Below are positions 19,810-30,214 of a DNA stretch of 64,000 bases, one piece after another (position 1 is the first letter of the stretch; every line of letters starts with the position of its first letter). Origin of the DNA: a bacterium (GTDB taxonomy: Bacteria; Fidelibacterota; Fidelibacteria; Fidelibacterales; Fidelibacteraceae); contig OY781066.1 of assembly GCA_963676395.1 (NCBI GenBank), positions 1,632,001 to 1,696,000 of the forward strand. Direction: 5' to 3'. Below the pieces are notes generated by a model that did not search any database, was not told the DNA's origin, and was given only the letters and a program-made list of their open reading frames with translations. Made by a program: the position numbers and the translations under genes.

Positions 19810-20739
19810 ATAAAAAGATGGCTAAAAAGATGTCCAAAATGTGGTGGAAATAGCACCAAAAAGAACGGAAAGAAGAGGGGAAAACAGAGCTATAAATGCA
19901 ACGATTGTCACCACAGATTCTCCAGCAAATCAAGACCAAGAAAAAAAATATCTCACAGTCTTTTCGTTGATTATTTTGAAGGCAAGCAAAGCTTACGACA
20001 GTTATCAGAAAAGTATCATTTAAGCATTAAAACAATCCGATCAAAATTAGCAGATCATCAAGTCACTATCCCCGATTACAAACCTTCAGATACAGTGATC
20101 ATTATGGATAGTAGCTACTTCAGACGAGGCTTTGGTGTCATGGTATTTAAAGATGCGTATAGTAAAAAGAATCTTGATTGGCGGTACATCAAGACAGAAA
20201 CAATTGATCTTTACAAACAAGGTATTGGTTTGCTAAAGATGAGAGGATGGATAATAAAAGCTATCGTCTGTGACGGCAGAAGAGGCTTATTTAAGGCGTT
20301 TGCAGAAATCCCTATCCAAATGTGTCACTTCCACCAACAGGCTATCATAAGGCGTTATTTAACACTGAATCCACGCACACCGGCCGGCCATGAGCTCAAA
20401 GAAATATCATACCAACTCAAAAACATTGATAAAACATCTTGGATCTTCATATTAGATCATTGGCATAAAAAATGGCAAAATTATTTGAAAGAAAAAACGG
20501 TTAATCCAATTACGGGTAAGTGGCATTATACTCACAAAAGATTGAGAAGTGCTTATCGAAGCCTAAAGACAAACACACCTTATCTTTTTACTTTCCAAGA
20601 TTACCCTGATTTACATATCCCAAACACAACAAATCTACTGGAAGGTAACTTTACTGAATTAAAAACAAAGCTAAGAAATCATGCTGGAATTAAGGATGAA
20701 ATGAAAACTAAATTAACAGACCATTTTTTGGCCAAATAG
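19810..20739 (+). CDS. Second, apparently identical transposase copy
   Basis: Sequence repeats 18849-19778 at an offset of 961 nt. Confidence 0.85.
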   Translation: MKRWLKRCPKCGGNSTKKNGKKRGKQSYKCNDCHHRFSSKSRPRKKISHSLFVDYFEGKQSLRQLSEKYHLSIKTIRSKLADHQVTIPDYKPSDTVIIMDSSYFRRGFGVMVFKDAYSKKNLDWRYIKTETIDLYKQGIGLLKMRGWIIKAIVCDGRRGLFKAFAEIPIQMCHFHQQAIIRRYLTLNPRTPAGHELKEISYQLKNIDKTSWIFILDHWHKKWQNYLKEKTVNPITGKWHYTHKRLRSAYRSLKTNTPYLFTFQDYPDLHIPNTTNLLEGNFTELKTKLRNHAGIKDEMKTKLTDHFLAK

Positions 20740-20912
20740 CCCCCCATTTTTACCATTAAGCCTTAATAATAAATATTTTTAATATCGAGTATTTACTTAA
20801 CATCATAAACTCTTTAAAATTGTTATCTAAGTGTTGGAAATAACAAAATCAATGGAATTAAAAAACCCCCGATTTCTCGGGGGTAATATATAAAATATTA
20901 ATTAATTACTAA

Positions 20913-21983
20913 TTAATTACCACCTTCTAATTCACGACCGCGGTTAAACAGTTCCAAACCTTCTTGAACACGACCTTGCTGAGAAAGCGTAACACCCATT
21001 AGTTTTAGGTATTTGGGGTTTTCGGGTTCTCTGTCAAGTAGTTGTTGAAAATAGTATTCTGCAGTGACGAAATCTTCGCGATCAAAGTAAACCTGTCCAA
21101 CCGTTTCGATGGCTTGTAGATCATCGGGATCTAATGCCGTAACAGTTTCGAATTGAACTGTAGCAGATTCGATATCACTCAAGCGAAGATAAGCCAAACC
21201 TAGGTTGAAATATAAATCTTTATTACCGGGGTCAACGGCAATGAGTTGATTATAAATTTCGGCTGATTTTTCAAACATGTCTTGTTCGTAAAGGAACTGT
21301 GCATAAACTTTGCCTATTCCCATGCTTTCGGGTGAAGCGGCAAAGGCTTCTTCAAAAACGACCAAGGCTTCATCTTTGCGATCGTCTTTAGCAAGAATGC
21401 GAGCTTTTTCAGCTTTTAGATCGGCATTTTTAGGAGCTTTTGCAATCGCTTTATCCAGTTCAACAATCGCTTGAACATTGTTTTGGTTAAGTTCGCTGTA
21501 GATTCTTGCTATCTGGATAGCAGCTTTGGGATCTGCGGGTTTCATTTCTGCAGCAAGACCAAAGAATTTTAATGCATCTGCAAGATCCGCATCTCTGTTT
21601 GTCGATTCGTTGCGAATGACTTTATTGTATGAAACAACAGCAGCATTAAACGATCCACCGTAAAGTTGTTCGCGTAACTGTTTCATGTTATCAGGCATGT
21701 ATGATCTGTCGCGTTTTAGTGTCTCATCATAATATTTTTTAGCTTTAGAAATATCCATTAAACCACTGTTTCTGTTGGCATAGATCTCTACAGCTAAAAG
21801 GTATGGGATCTCAGGGTTTTCAGGTTCTACATCCAATGCAGTTAAAAAGTTGTATTCCGCTTTAGCGAAATCTTTTTGTTGTACATAAACTTTAGCTGAT
21901 GTTAATTCCTGTGATTGGCAACCGAAAAAAGTAAAGACAGCAACCAAAATCAGTATGGGGGCTAAAATACGTGAGCGTTTCAT
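20913..21983 (-). CDS. Tetratricopeptide-repeat lipoprotein
   Basis: Lipobox FFGC after MKRSR (RBS AGGAG); repeated TPR-like motifs such as YFNLGLAY. Confidence 0.85.
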   Translation of the reverse strand: MKRSRILAPILILVAVFTFFGCQSQELTSAKVYVQQKDFAKAEYNFLTALDVEPENPEIPYLLAVEIYANRNSGLMDISKAKKYYDETLKRDRSYMPDNMKQLREQLYGGSFNAAVVSYNKVIRNESTNRDADLADALKFFGLAAEMKPADPKAAIQIARIYSELNQNNVQAIVELDKAIAKAPKNADLKAEKARILAKDDRKDEALVVFEEAFAASPESMGIGKVYAQFLYEQDMFEKSAEIYNQLIAVDPGNKDLYFNLGLAYLRLSDIESATVQFETVTALDPDDLQAIETVGQVYFDREDFVTAEYYFQQLLDREPENPKYLKLMGVTLSQQGRVQEGLELFNRGRELEGGN

Positions 21984-22137
21984 TCTATAACTCCTAATAG
22001 ATTTCATTTTAACGGTGAAATATATAATAAAAGTCATATTAATAAAAGGGAAAAGAATGAATTTGAGGGGCAAAATACTCAATAGCCTCGGGTTTAAACC
22101 CAAGGCTATTCACAATGTTATTTTTTAAGAATTATAT

Positions 22138-23565
22138 TTAAAAGAAGAGGTCTCTTTCTCCGTTCTTGATCCGCTCAAGTCTAACACGTGTTTCTTTTGC
22201 TGTAATGGGATCATCCATTTTTTGAATATTATCTTCTATAATTTTCCAACCCATGGTTGCCGTTTTTTCCGGAGCATAGTCTTCGAGATATTCAGCAAGC
22301 GTTAGGATTGCATTGGGTGTGCAATATCGTTTAATAAAACCCGGTACAGAGAATTCCATAAAGTGTTCGCCGGTTCGACCGACACGATAGCAACCGGTAC
22401 AGAACGAGGGGAGATAACCTTGTTCAAGCAATTCTTCAATGATCTCATTTAAAGAGCGGGAATCATTGATCTCAAATTGTTCACGATTTAGATTCTGAGA
22501 TTCTTTTTGTTTTTCGGCATAAGAACCCAGTTCCAATTTTGTACCGCCATCTATTTGTGAAACACCAAATGTTAATGCTTCTTGTCTGATCGAGACAGGT
22601 TCCCTTGCGGTAAGGATCATGCCGGTATAGGGTACGGCCAAACGCAAGATCGCGATCAAGCGTGTAAAATCTTCGTCACTGACTTCATATTCTTTTTTAA
22701 CCTCAGTTCCTGCCGCTGCTTTAATTCTTGGAAAAGAAATAGTATGGGGACCTATGTTGTATACCGCTTCAAAGTGATTGGTGTGTCGTAATAATGCCAA
22801 CACTTCATATTTCCAATTGTATAGTCCGAACAAGGCGCCGATCCCAAGGTCGTCTATGCCTCCTTCCATGGCTCTGTCAAGTGATGTCAAACGCCATTCA
22901 AAGTCACTCTTTGGACCGGAAGGATGGTAGAATTTATATGTTTCGGGATGGTAGGTTTCTTGAAAAACCTGATAAGTGCCGATACCGGCTTCTTTTACGG
23001 TTTTAAAACCTTCAATGTCAAGAGGGGCAGCGTTAATGTTGACACGTCGAATCTCACCTTTGCCTTTTTTAACTTGATAAACGGTTTTTACCGTATCGGC
23101 AATAAAATTAGCATCGTAATCAGGATGTTCACCATAAACAAGAATAAGCCTTTTTTGACCATTCTCTTCTAGAGCCTCAACTTCTTGAACCATTTCATCT
23201 TTTGAAAGTGTTGTACGAAGTTGTTGGGTGTTTGAAATGCGAAAACCACAATACTTGCAATTGTTTATGCATTTATTACCTACATATAAGGGGGCAAATA
23301 GAACAATTCTGTTACCATAAATATTTTCTTTGAGCTTGCGGGCACCTTCTTTGATCTCTTTGATCAACTTAGGGTCATCAGCATTTAAAAGATCAGCAGT
23401 TTCCTGCAATGAGAGTCTTTCTTTGTTGATAGATTTTGCGATGATCTCTCGAACTCGATCTGCCGAGGGTATAGGGCGATCGAGAAATTCTTGTATTTCT
23501 TCGGGGTCAATGAATGGCTTCATTGCTTCGTCGGGAAGTCGGTAAGTTTGGGGCTTAAATTTCAT
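22138..23565 (-). CDS. hydG: [FeFe]-hydrogenase H-cluster radical SAM maturase HydG
   Basis: FAPLYVGNKCINNCKYCGF, FQETYH, PSFCTGCYR and GERDLFF motifs. Confidence 0.96.
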   Translation of the reverse strand: MKFKPQTYRLPDEAMKPFIDPEEIQEFLDRPIPSADRVREIIAKSINKERLSLQETADLLNADDPKLIKEIKEGARKLKENIYGNRIVLFAPLYVGNKCINNCKYCGFRISNTQQLRTTLSKDEMVQEVEALEENGQKRLILVYGEHPDYDANFIADTVKTVYQVKKGKGEIRRVNINAAPLDIEGFKTVKEAGIGTYQVFQETYHPETYKFYHPSGPKSDFEWRLTSLDRAMEGGIDDLGIGALFGLYNWKYEVLALLRHTNHFEAVYNIGPHTISFPRIKAAAGTEVKKEYEVSDEDFTRLIAILRLAVPYTGMILTAREPVSIRQEALTFGVSQIDGGTKLELGSYAEKQKESQNLNREQFEINDSRSLNEIIEELLEQGYLPSFCTGCYRVGRTGEHFMEFSVPGFIKRYCTPNAILTLAEYLEDYAPEKTATMGWKIIEDNIQKMDDPITAKETRVRLERIKNGERDLFF

Positions 23566-23811
23566 GTTTCTCCTAATTTAAAACGAACACGGATTTTACA
23601 CATTCAAGATGTGAAAGTCCACCAAAATCAATAGAATGTTAGACAGGATGACGGGATTTACCGGATAGGGTTTTTAGATGGTATAAGCAGGATAGATATC
23701 ATTGAATAAGTTTTAAAAAACGTGATTTGGGTCACACTTTGATTTTGAGGATTTATATATGAAAATTGATTAGATTTATTTGTTAACATCAAAATATTAT
23801 CATCAGTGGCG

Positions 23812-23907
23812 ATGAATCTTGATGTAGGTTTACTGATCAATTTTGGTGAAAAGAAAGTTGAGATACGACGCAAACTTAAGGATCTGGACAAAAATAAATC
23901 TACTTAA
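23812..23907 (+). pseudogene. C-terminal remnant of a GxxExxY protein gene
   Basis: MNLDVGLLINFGEKKVEIRRK resembles the GxxExxY C-terminus; flanked by CAGGAT/ATCCTG-type short repeats in inverted arrangement. Confidence 0.6.
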
Positions 23908-23978
23908 TCCAGTTATCTTGTCTAGGGCAAATCAAGTCAATCTTGTTATCCTATCTAGAGAAAAAATCTCATCATAAA

Positions 23979-24015
23979 GAAAAACCCCTCGCGATTTGGA
24001 TCGAGGGGTTTTTTC
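23979..24015 (-). terminator. Terminator of the hydrogenase operon
   Basis: AAAAACCCCTCG...CGAGGGGTTTTT. Confidence 0.8.
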
Positions 24016-24038
24016 TTGATTATAAATAAAGAATTATT

Positions 24039-24452
24039 TTATTTATTTTTTGCTTCAAGAGCGGGGATGACCTTTTCTTCAATGTATTGAAGAAGATCAC
24101 GGGGAGCAATGGGTTTATCAAGGTAATCATCCGCATTGATCCAGCTTTTTTCTTCTTTGGTCTTGGTGGAGAAACGGTAACCTGTTTCGTGACCGGTTGA
24201 AGTAAAGATTACAACCCAGCGATCGTCACGTTCGGGCTGGCGGCCCATCCAGTGAGTTAGCACAAAACCACTGTCGAAGTGTTCCATGACAAGGTCACAG
24301 AAAATGATACCGGGATCGAAACTTTCAAACAGTTCTTTGGCTTCGGTTGTATTGTAAGCAGCTTTTACATCATACCCGTTCTGCTGGAGATAGGGTTGAT
24401 ACATGTCGATCAAATCGGGATCGTCGTCAATTAATAAGATTTTTTTATTCAT
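24039..24452 (-). CDS. Single-domain response regulator (receiver)
   Basis: ILLIDDD, FCDLVME and YLDKP motifs. Confidence 0.9.
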   Translation of the reverse strand: MNKKILLIDDDPDLIDMYQPYLQQNGYDVKAAYNTTEAKELFESFDPGIIFCDLVMEHFDSGFVLTHWMGRQPERDDRWVVIFTSTGHETGYRFSTKTKEEKSWINADDYLDKPIAPRDLLQYIEEKVIPALEAKNK

Positions 24453-24470
24453 CGTATCATCCTTTCGGGT

Positions 24471-26186
24471 TTATATGGATTCGCGTTTGAAATAATGTGT
24501 GTGAAGAAGTTCATGTGCTTTATGTGCGCCCGGTTTTCCAAGGAATGTTTCATAAAGTTTTTGAACCGATTCATTGTGATGTGAGCAACGTTTTGGCAAA
24601 GAACGGTCAACTTCGTAAATAGCTTCCATTCTTTTTTTCATTTTCTCAGGACTCTGAGGAAGTGGCTGACCACCACCGTTGATACAACCACCGGGGCAAG
24701 CCATGACTTCGATAAAGTGATAGTCTGATTTACCGTTTTTAACTTCTTCAAGGAATTTATCAATATTGCGTAGACCTGAAACGGCAGCGATCTTTAGTGT
24801 AGCGTTTCCGACTTTGATAGATGATTCTTTAACACCTTCAAGTCCACGAACGGCTGTAAAGTCAATGCGCTCCATATCTTTACCTGTGATCATGTGATGA
24901 GCGGTACGAAGTGCAGCTTCCATCACACCACCTGATGCACCAAAGATAGCACCGGCACCGGTTGATTCACCCAAAGGATCATCAAAGTTTTCTTCCGGCA
25001 TGCGTGTAAAGTCGATACCTGCAATTTTCATCATGCGACCAAATTCGCGGGTAGACAGAACGACATCAACATCGGGCGCTTTATGTGTGACTGAAAGTTC
25101 AGGGCGACCGGCTTCAAACTTCTTGGCAGTACAGGGCATAATTGAAAGAACAAAGATCTTTTCGGGATCGATACCAACTTTTTGAGCATAGTATGATTTG
25201 ATCAATGCGCCCTGCATACCTTGAGGTGATTTACAGGTAGAGATATTCTCAAATACTTCAGGATAGAAGTGTTCAACATATTTAACCCAACCGGGTGAAC
25301 AAGAAGTAAAGAGAGGAAGTTTACCGCCATTTTGTATGCGTTCGATCAATTCATTCGCTTCTTCCCAAATGGTCAAGTCAGCGGCAAAGTTTGTATCGAA
25401 AACTTCATCTACACCCATTCTGCGAAGAGCAGCAGGGATCTTACCGGTTGAAATAGTGCCCGGTGCCATACCGAATTCTTCTCCGATAGCAACACGAACG
25501 GCGGGAGCGACCTGAGCAACAACATGTGTTTCAGGATCATTAATAGCTTCCCATGCTTGTTTTAGATATGATTTTTCACGAAGCGCACCAACGGGGCATG
25601 CTGTGATACATTGACCACAATATACGCAAGCGGTGGTATTCAATGAGCGATCCATAGCCGGAGCTACATTTGAGTAGAAACCGCGATCAACAAAATCAAT
25701 AGCACCAACGTTTTGGACTTCGTGGCACATGCGCACGCAGCGTCCACAGAGAATGCATTTATCGGGATCACGTTCAACGGCTGGAGAGGCAAGATCAAGT
25801 TTTCCGCTTCTTTTTTCACCAACGTAGCGGTAGGAACGTACACCGTATTCAGCTGCAAGGTCTTGCAAGTCACAGTTACCGTTACGTACACAAACCAAAC
25901 AATCTTGAGGATGGTTAGCGATCAATAATTCGATGATCGATTTACGTGCACGGCGAACTTTTTTAGAATTTGTAAGTACTTCCATACCTTCGTGAACAGG
26001 GTAAGCACATGAGGGAACCATGTGTCCGTTACCAAGCTCAACGATACATACACGGCAAGCGCCTGTAGGAGTGAGGTCGGCAATGTAACAGAGTGTAGGG
26101 ATCTTAATACCCTCACGATTTGCCACCTGAAGGATGGTTTCGCCCGGGTTTGCCCAATATGAATTATTATTTATTGTAATGTTCAT
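24471..26186 (-). CDS. hydA: Multimeric [FeFe]-hydrogenase catalytic subunit (group A3, HydA/HndD)
   Basis: N-terminal Fe-S domains; H-cluster motifs TSCSPGW, MPCTAKKFE and EVMACPGGCINGGG. Confidence 0.95.
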   Translation of the reverse strand: MNITINNNSYWANPGETILQVANREGIKIPTLCYIADLTPTGACRVCIVELGNGHMVPSCAYPVHEGMEVLTNSKKVRRARKSIIELLIANHPQDCLVCVRNGNCDLQDLAAEYGVRSYRYVGEKRSGKLDLASPAVERDPDKCILCGRCVRMCHEVQNVGAIDFVDRGFYSNVAPAMDRSLNTTACVYCGQCITACPVGALREKSYLKQAWEAINDPETHVVAQVAPAVRVAIGEEFGMAPGTISTGKIPAALRRMGVDEVFDTNFAADLTIWEEANELIERIQNGGKLPLFTSCSPGWVKYVEHFYPEVFENISTCKSPQGMQGALIKSYYAQKVGIDPEKIFVLSIMPCTAKKFEAGRPELSVTHKAPDVDVVLSTREFGRMMKIAGIDFTRMPEENFDDPLGESTGAGAIFGASGGVMEAALRTAHHMITGKDMERIDFTAVRGLEGVKESSIKVGNATLKIAAVSGLRNIDKFLEEVKNGKSDYHFIEVMACPGGCINGGGQPLPQSPEKMKKRMEAIYEVDRSLPKRCSHHNESVQKLYETFLGKPGAHKAHELLHTHYFKRESI

Positions 26187-26204
26187 GTTTTCCTCTTTCC
26201 TTTC

Positions 26205-28184
26205 TTATTCCGCTTTAATAGCGTCGAAACGACAGTTGAGTTCACATTGGCCACAATGTGTACAGGCATCCTGATCGATGAAGTGAACACCTTTGCGTTC
26301 ACCGCTGATACAATTTACCGGACATTTTTGTGCACAGAGTGTACAACCGATACATTTTTCTTCATCAATCGTATAAGTAAGCATCTGACGGCAAGCCTTA
26401 GCCGGGCAAGTACGATCGTAAAGGTGAGCTTCATATTCATCACGGAAATAGCGAAGAGTAGAGATCACTGGATTCGCTGCTGTTTGGCCAAGTCCGCAAA
26501 GAGACGTGTCTTTGATCACATCAGCAAGACGCTCAAGGTAAAGCATACCTTGGAAACGCATGAGTGAATCGATCTCAGTTTCTTCTTCGCGGTATGACTT
26601 GGTGATTCTTTCAAGTATTTCAAGAAGTCTTTTAGTACCTTCACGACAAGGAATACATTTACCACATGATTCTGAGGTAATGAATTGCATGAAGTATTTT
26701 GCGAGGTCAACCATACAAGTTGATTCGTCCATCACAACCAAGCCACCGGAGCCCATCATGGCGCCGATCTCTTTCAATGATTCGTAATCAATTTCTGTAT
26801 CAAGGAATTGTTCAGGAAGAGCCCCGCCAGAAGGACCGCCAATCTGAACGGCTTTAAAATTTTTGCCATCGGGAATACCACCACCGCAACCGAAAATGAT
26901 ATCGCGGATAGTTGTACCCATAGGAACTTCAACCAAACCGGTATTCACAACTTTTCCGGAGAGAGCGAAAACCTTTGTGCCTTTTGAAGATTCGGTTCCG
27001 ACACCTGCGTACCAATCAGCACCTTTGCAAAAGATGACAGGGACGTTTGAGAAAGTTTCAACATTGTTGATGATCGTCGGTTTTCCGAAAAGTCCGGAAA
27101 CAGCAGGGAAAGGTGGGCGAGGTCTTGGCATGCCTCGTTTACCTTCGATAGAGTGGATAAGAGCGGTTTCTTCACCACAAACAAAAGCGCCGGCACCTTT
27201 TTTTATCTTTAGTTCAAAAGTAAAGCCACTGTTAAGAATGTTTTTACCAAGAAGGCCATAAGCTGTTGCATCTGCAATCGTTTTTTCTAAACGTTCGATA
27301 GCGAGCGGATATTCTGCACGGCAGTAAACATAACCTTTTGAAGCGCCAATGGCGTATGCGGCAATGATCATACCTTCAACAAGACGATGAGGGTCACCTT
27401 CAAGAACGGCACGGTCCATAAATGCACCGGGATCGCCTTCGTCAGCATTACAGATAAGATATTTTTGTTCTTTATCTTGGTTGTAGGCAAATTCCCATTT
27501 TTTACCTGTTAGGAATCCACCGCCCCCGCGACCGCGGAGACCTGATTTTTTAGTATCTTCGATAACATCGAAGGGAGATTTATCTTTCAGTACGCTTGAA
27601 AGTGCTTCGTATCCACCACGTGCTAGATATTGGTCAATGTTTTCAGGATCGATAACTCCGCAATTATCAAGAACGACTTTTTCCTGGATCTTAAAGAAAG
27701 GAATGTCTTTAAGCATTGGGATGTCGGCCCAGATAGAATCATCGGAGTGAGGATATTTACCAAGAGCTTTTTGAATAACCGGCTCTTTGTTCACAATGGT
27801 GCGTTCGATAATGGTATCAACATTTTCAGGTGTTACGCGTTTGTAAGAGATGCGAGGAAAACCGGGGACTTTAACATCCACGATCACTTCTTCGGCACAG
27901 AAACCAACGCAACCGACCTGAGTTAATACGGCATCAATTTCATATTTTTTTAATTCCTGTACGAACATGTCATAAACGGCCTGTGCGCCATTGGCAAGGC
28001 CGCAAGTACCCATACCTACCATGATAACGGGTTTCTCTGCGTTCTCTAAAGAGATCTTTGCTTTTAATTCTGTGATGCTTTCAGGTGTAATACCTTCTTT
28101 GCTTGCATCGTATTTACCACCGATCAATTCAACGAAATTTTCGGCGGGTACTTTTGTCGATAAAATGTCTTTAAATGTATTCAT
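26205..28184 (-). CDS. hydB: Hydrogenase NADH/FMN-binding subunit (HydB/HndC, NuoF-like) with N-terminal thioredoxin-like 2Fe-2S and C-terminal 2x4Fe-4S domains
   Basis: GLRGRGGGGF, NADEGDPGAFMDR, GEETAL, GGPSGG and ESCGKCIPCREG motifs. Confidence 0.93.
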   Translation of the reverse strand: MNTFKDILSTKVPAENFVELIGGKYDASKEGITPESITELKAKISLENAEKPVIMVGMGTCGLANGAQAVYDMFVQELKKYEIDAVLTQVGCVGFCAEEVIVDVKVPGFPRISYKRVTPENVDTIIERTIVNKEPVIQKALGKYPHSDDSIWADIPMLKDIPFFKIQEKVVLDNCGVIDPENIDQYLARGGYEALSSVLKDKSPFDVIEDTKKSGLRGRGGGGFLTGKKWEFAYNQDKEQKYLICNADEGDPGAFMDRAVLEGDPHRLVEGMIIAAYAIGASKGYVYCRAEYPLAIERLEKTIADATAYGLLGKNILNSGFTFELKIKKGAGAFVCGEETALIHSIEGKRGMPRPRPPFPAVSGLFGKPTIINNVETFSNVPVIFCKGADWYAGVGTESSKGTKVFALSGKVVNTGLVEVPMGTTIRDIIFGCGGGIPDGKNFKAVQIGGPSGGALPEQFLDTEIDYESLKEIGAMMGSGGLVVMDESTCMVDLAKYFMQFITSESCGKCIPCREGTKRLLEILERITKSYREEETEIDSLMRFQGMLYLERLADVIKDTSLCGLGQTAANPVISTLRYFRDEYEAHLYDRTCPAKACRQMLTYTIDEEKCIGCTLCAQKCPVNCISGERKGVHFIDQDACTHCGQCELNCRFDAIKAE

Positions 28185-28195
28185 CTTTTACCTGC

Positions 28196-28651
28196 CTAGT
28201 CTTTCTTTTGATATTCTTTGATGAGCTTGTGAACGGACTTTGATGTCAATCCGCCATAATACTTATCATCGATCACAATAACCGGAGCGATAGAACACGC
28301 ACCGATACATGCAACGGTTTCAATTGTGAATTTCAAATCTTTGGTTGTTTCACCGGCTTCGATACCCAATTCGCTTTCCAGGATATTCAAGATATCCAAA
28401 GAGCCTTTCACGTGACAAGCCGTACCACGACATACGCGGATAACATGCTTGCCGAGAGGAGTAAGGCGGAACTGGTTGTAGAAGGTTGCAACACCGTAAA
28501 CACGGCTGGTAGGTACACCCAAATGACGAGCGACCCGGACAATGTCATCTTCCGGCAAATAGCCGTGAATACCTTGAACATCCTGTAACATGGCGATCAT
28601 GTTTTCGGGCATGTTCTTGGGGTATTTTTTGTAGATCTCTTCTGACTTCAT
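28196..28651 (-). CDS. hydC: Hydrogenase 2Fe-2S subunit (HydC/HndA, NuoE-like)
   Basis: GVATFY, VCRGTACHVKG and CIGACSIAP motifs. Confidence 0.93.
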   Translation of the reverse strand: MKSEEIYKKYPKNMPENMIAMLQDVQGIHGYLPEDDIVRVARHLGVPTSRVYGVATFYNQFRLTPLGKHVIRVCRGTACHVKGSLDILNILESELGIEAGETTKDLKFTIETVACIGACSIAPVIVIDDKYYGGLTSKSVHKLIKEYQKKD

Positions 28652-29157
28652 TTAACTCCCTTTAATGTGGTAATTTTACCCTTTTCCAGTCGATTATAAT
28701 TAATAGAGTTCCAGAAAACAAGTAAAATCGAAAATAAATATACTTTTTTTCACATAAAGGAATTTGTCTAAAAATGTGCCTTGAATCGCACTTCATAAAT
28801 TTACATAAAATACCTGACACCATATTTTTATTTTAATATAGTGAAATAGGGGAGAGCAAAATAAGTATTGCGTTTCTAGAGAACCAATATGATAGTAAAA
28901 ATCATAATAGTAAATCGGGTCATCATTACAATATTTTCGAGCTGATATTTGGAAGTATCAAGTCGGTGTTGCGAATAAATAATATCCCATTTTAATGGCA
29001 TTCGCGATTTCATGCGCAAGAAAACAATGCTTGAATTGGAGATTAAAAAATGATGTAAATAATAATCCATTAAAATAAGGCAAATGGAAGTGTTATCCTT
29101 GATTATTGCAATCAATTTCATTATTCTACTAAGTTATTACAAAACTAGGAGAAAACT

Positions 29158-29493
29158 ATGCTTTCTATCATGTTACAGGCAGCAAATGCTGCTGCTGAAG
29201 GAGCTCCCGCCGGTGGTGGCTTGATGAGTTTCTTACCTTTTATTCTGATTATCGTTGTTCTTTGGTTCCTGATGATCATGCCTCAACGCAAGCGTCAGAA
29301 AGAAACTCAAAAAATGTTGAATGAATTACAACCAAAAGAAAAAGTTGTCACTATTGGCGGTATTCTTGGTACAGTTGTTAAAGTTAAAAGCGATTCTGTT
29401 GTATTGAAAATCGGAAAAGAAACCGAATTGGAAGTTCGTAAGAATGCTATTGCTTCAAAAATAGCTGATGAGAAAAAAGAAGAAAAGAAATAA
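29158..29493 (+). CDS. yajC: Preprotein translocase subunit YajC
   Basis: TM followed by PQRKRQK; VVTIGGILG motif. Confidence 0.95.
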   Translation: MLSIMLQAANAAAEGAPAGGGLMSFLPFILIIVVLWFLMIMPQRKRQKETQKMLNELQPKEKVVTIGGILGTVVKVKSDSVVLKIGKETELEVRKNAIASKIADEKKEEKK

Positions 29494-29503
29494 GATTGTA
29501 ATA

Positions 29504-29538
29504 AGAAGCCCGTTCTCACCGGACGGGCTTTTTTCTTT
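29504..29538 (+). terminator. Rho-independent terminator
   Basis: AAGCCCGT...ACGGGCTT followed by a T tract. Confidence 0.75.
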
Positions 29539-29540
29539 GG

Positions 29541-30062
29541 GTGAATAAAATGATCATGGATATTAAAACATATGGTGATCCAGTCCTTCGCGGTAAAGTT
29601 GAGCCACTTGAATCCCCACTTTCGGCACTACCTTTTATAAAGGATATGATCGAAACAATGTATGATGACGATGGTATTGGTTTATCTGCCAATCAAGTTG
29701 GTTTACGCATGCGTTTTTTTGTCATTGGAATGAATGCATTTGAAGACGGTCGTGGTGATTCGGTGTTTATAAATCCCGAGATCATTGAATTTTCAGAAGA
29801 AGAAAGCGGTTACGAAGAAGGTTGCCTCTCGGTTCCCGGAATTCGTGATACTGTGTTTCGTCCTCATACCATCAAGGTTAAGTATCTTGATGAACGAGGG
29901 ATTGAACATGAAGAAGAGCTGACCGATCTGGCAGCTCGCGTGTTTCAGCATGAATATGATCATTTGGACGGTGTTTTTTTTGTTGAACGTTTGTCTTCAG
30001 TCAGATTGGCGCGGCATAAACGGAAGCTGAAAGCCATTTTGGAAAAGCATCAGGATAAATAA
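29541..30062 (+). CDS. def: Peptide deformylase
   Basis: GIGLSANQVG, EGCLSVP and QHEYDHLDG motifs. Confidence 0.97.
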   Translation: MNKMIMDIKTYGDPVLRGKVEPLESPLSALPFIKDMIETMYDDDGIGLSANQVGLRMRFFVIGMNAFEDGRGDSVFINPEIIEFSEEESGYEEGCLSVPGIRDTVFRPHTIKVKYLDERGIEHEEELTDLAARVFQHEYDHLDGVFFVERLSSVRLARHKRKLKAILEKHQDK

Positions 30063-30214
30063 AACAATCAGATAAAGAATAAATATTTCCGGTTAATAGT
30101 ACATTTTAACATAGAAGCTTTGCCAATGATGAATGATGAATTATTTGGTTCTGCTCTATATTCTTTTTACTTTAATCTTTGATCATGAAAACAGGTTATC
30201 ATATAGGATAAAGA

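Larger units (their letters stand above)
18685..20762 (+). mobile_element. Outer copy of a 1035-bp IS (IS256-like, Zn-ribbon variant) interrupted by a second copy
   Basis: 26-bp terminal IRs GGCTTAATGGTAAAAA(G/T)GGGGGGCTA; 8-bp target duplication TTAATAAT at 18677-18684 and 20763-20770. Confidence 0.9.

Noticed and set aside
18685..20762. Simple tandem duplication or collapsed-repeat artefact
   Set aside because: Two different, correctly placed 8-bp target duplications and the exact 1035-bp arithmetic fit a nested insertion better.
28876..29121. 81-aa ORF between hydC and yajC
   Set aside because: No recognisable motifs; lies in an AT-rich divergent promoter region.
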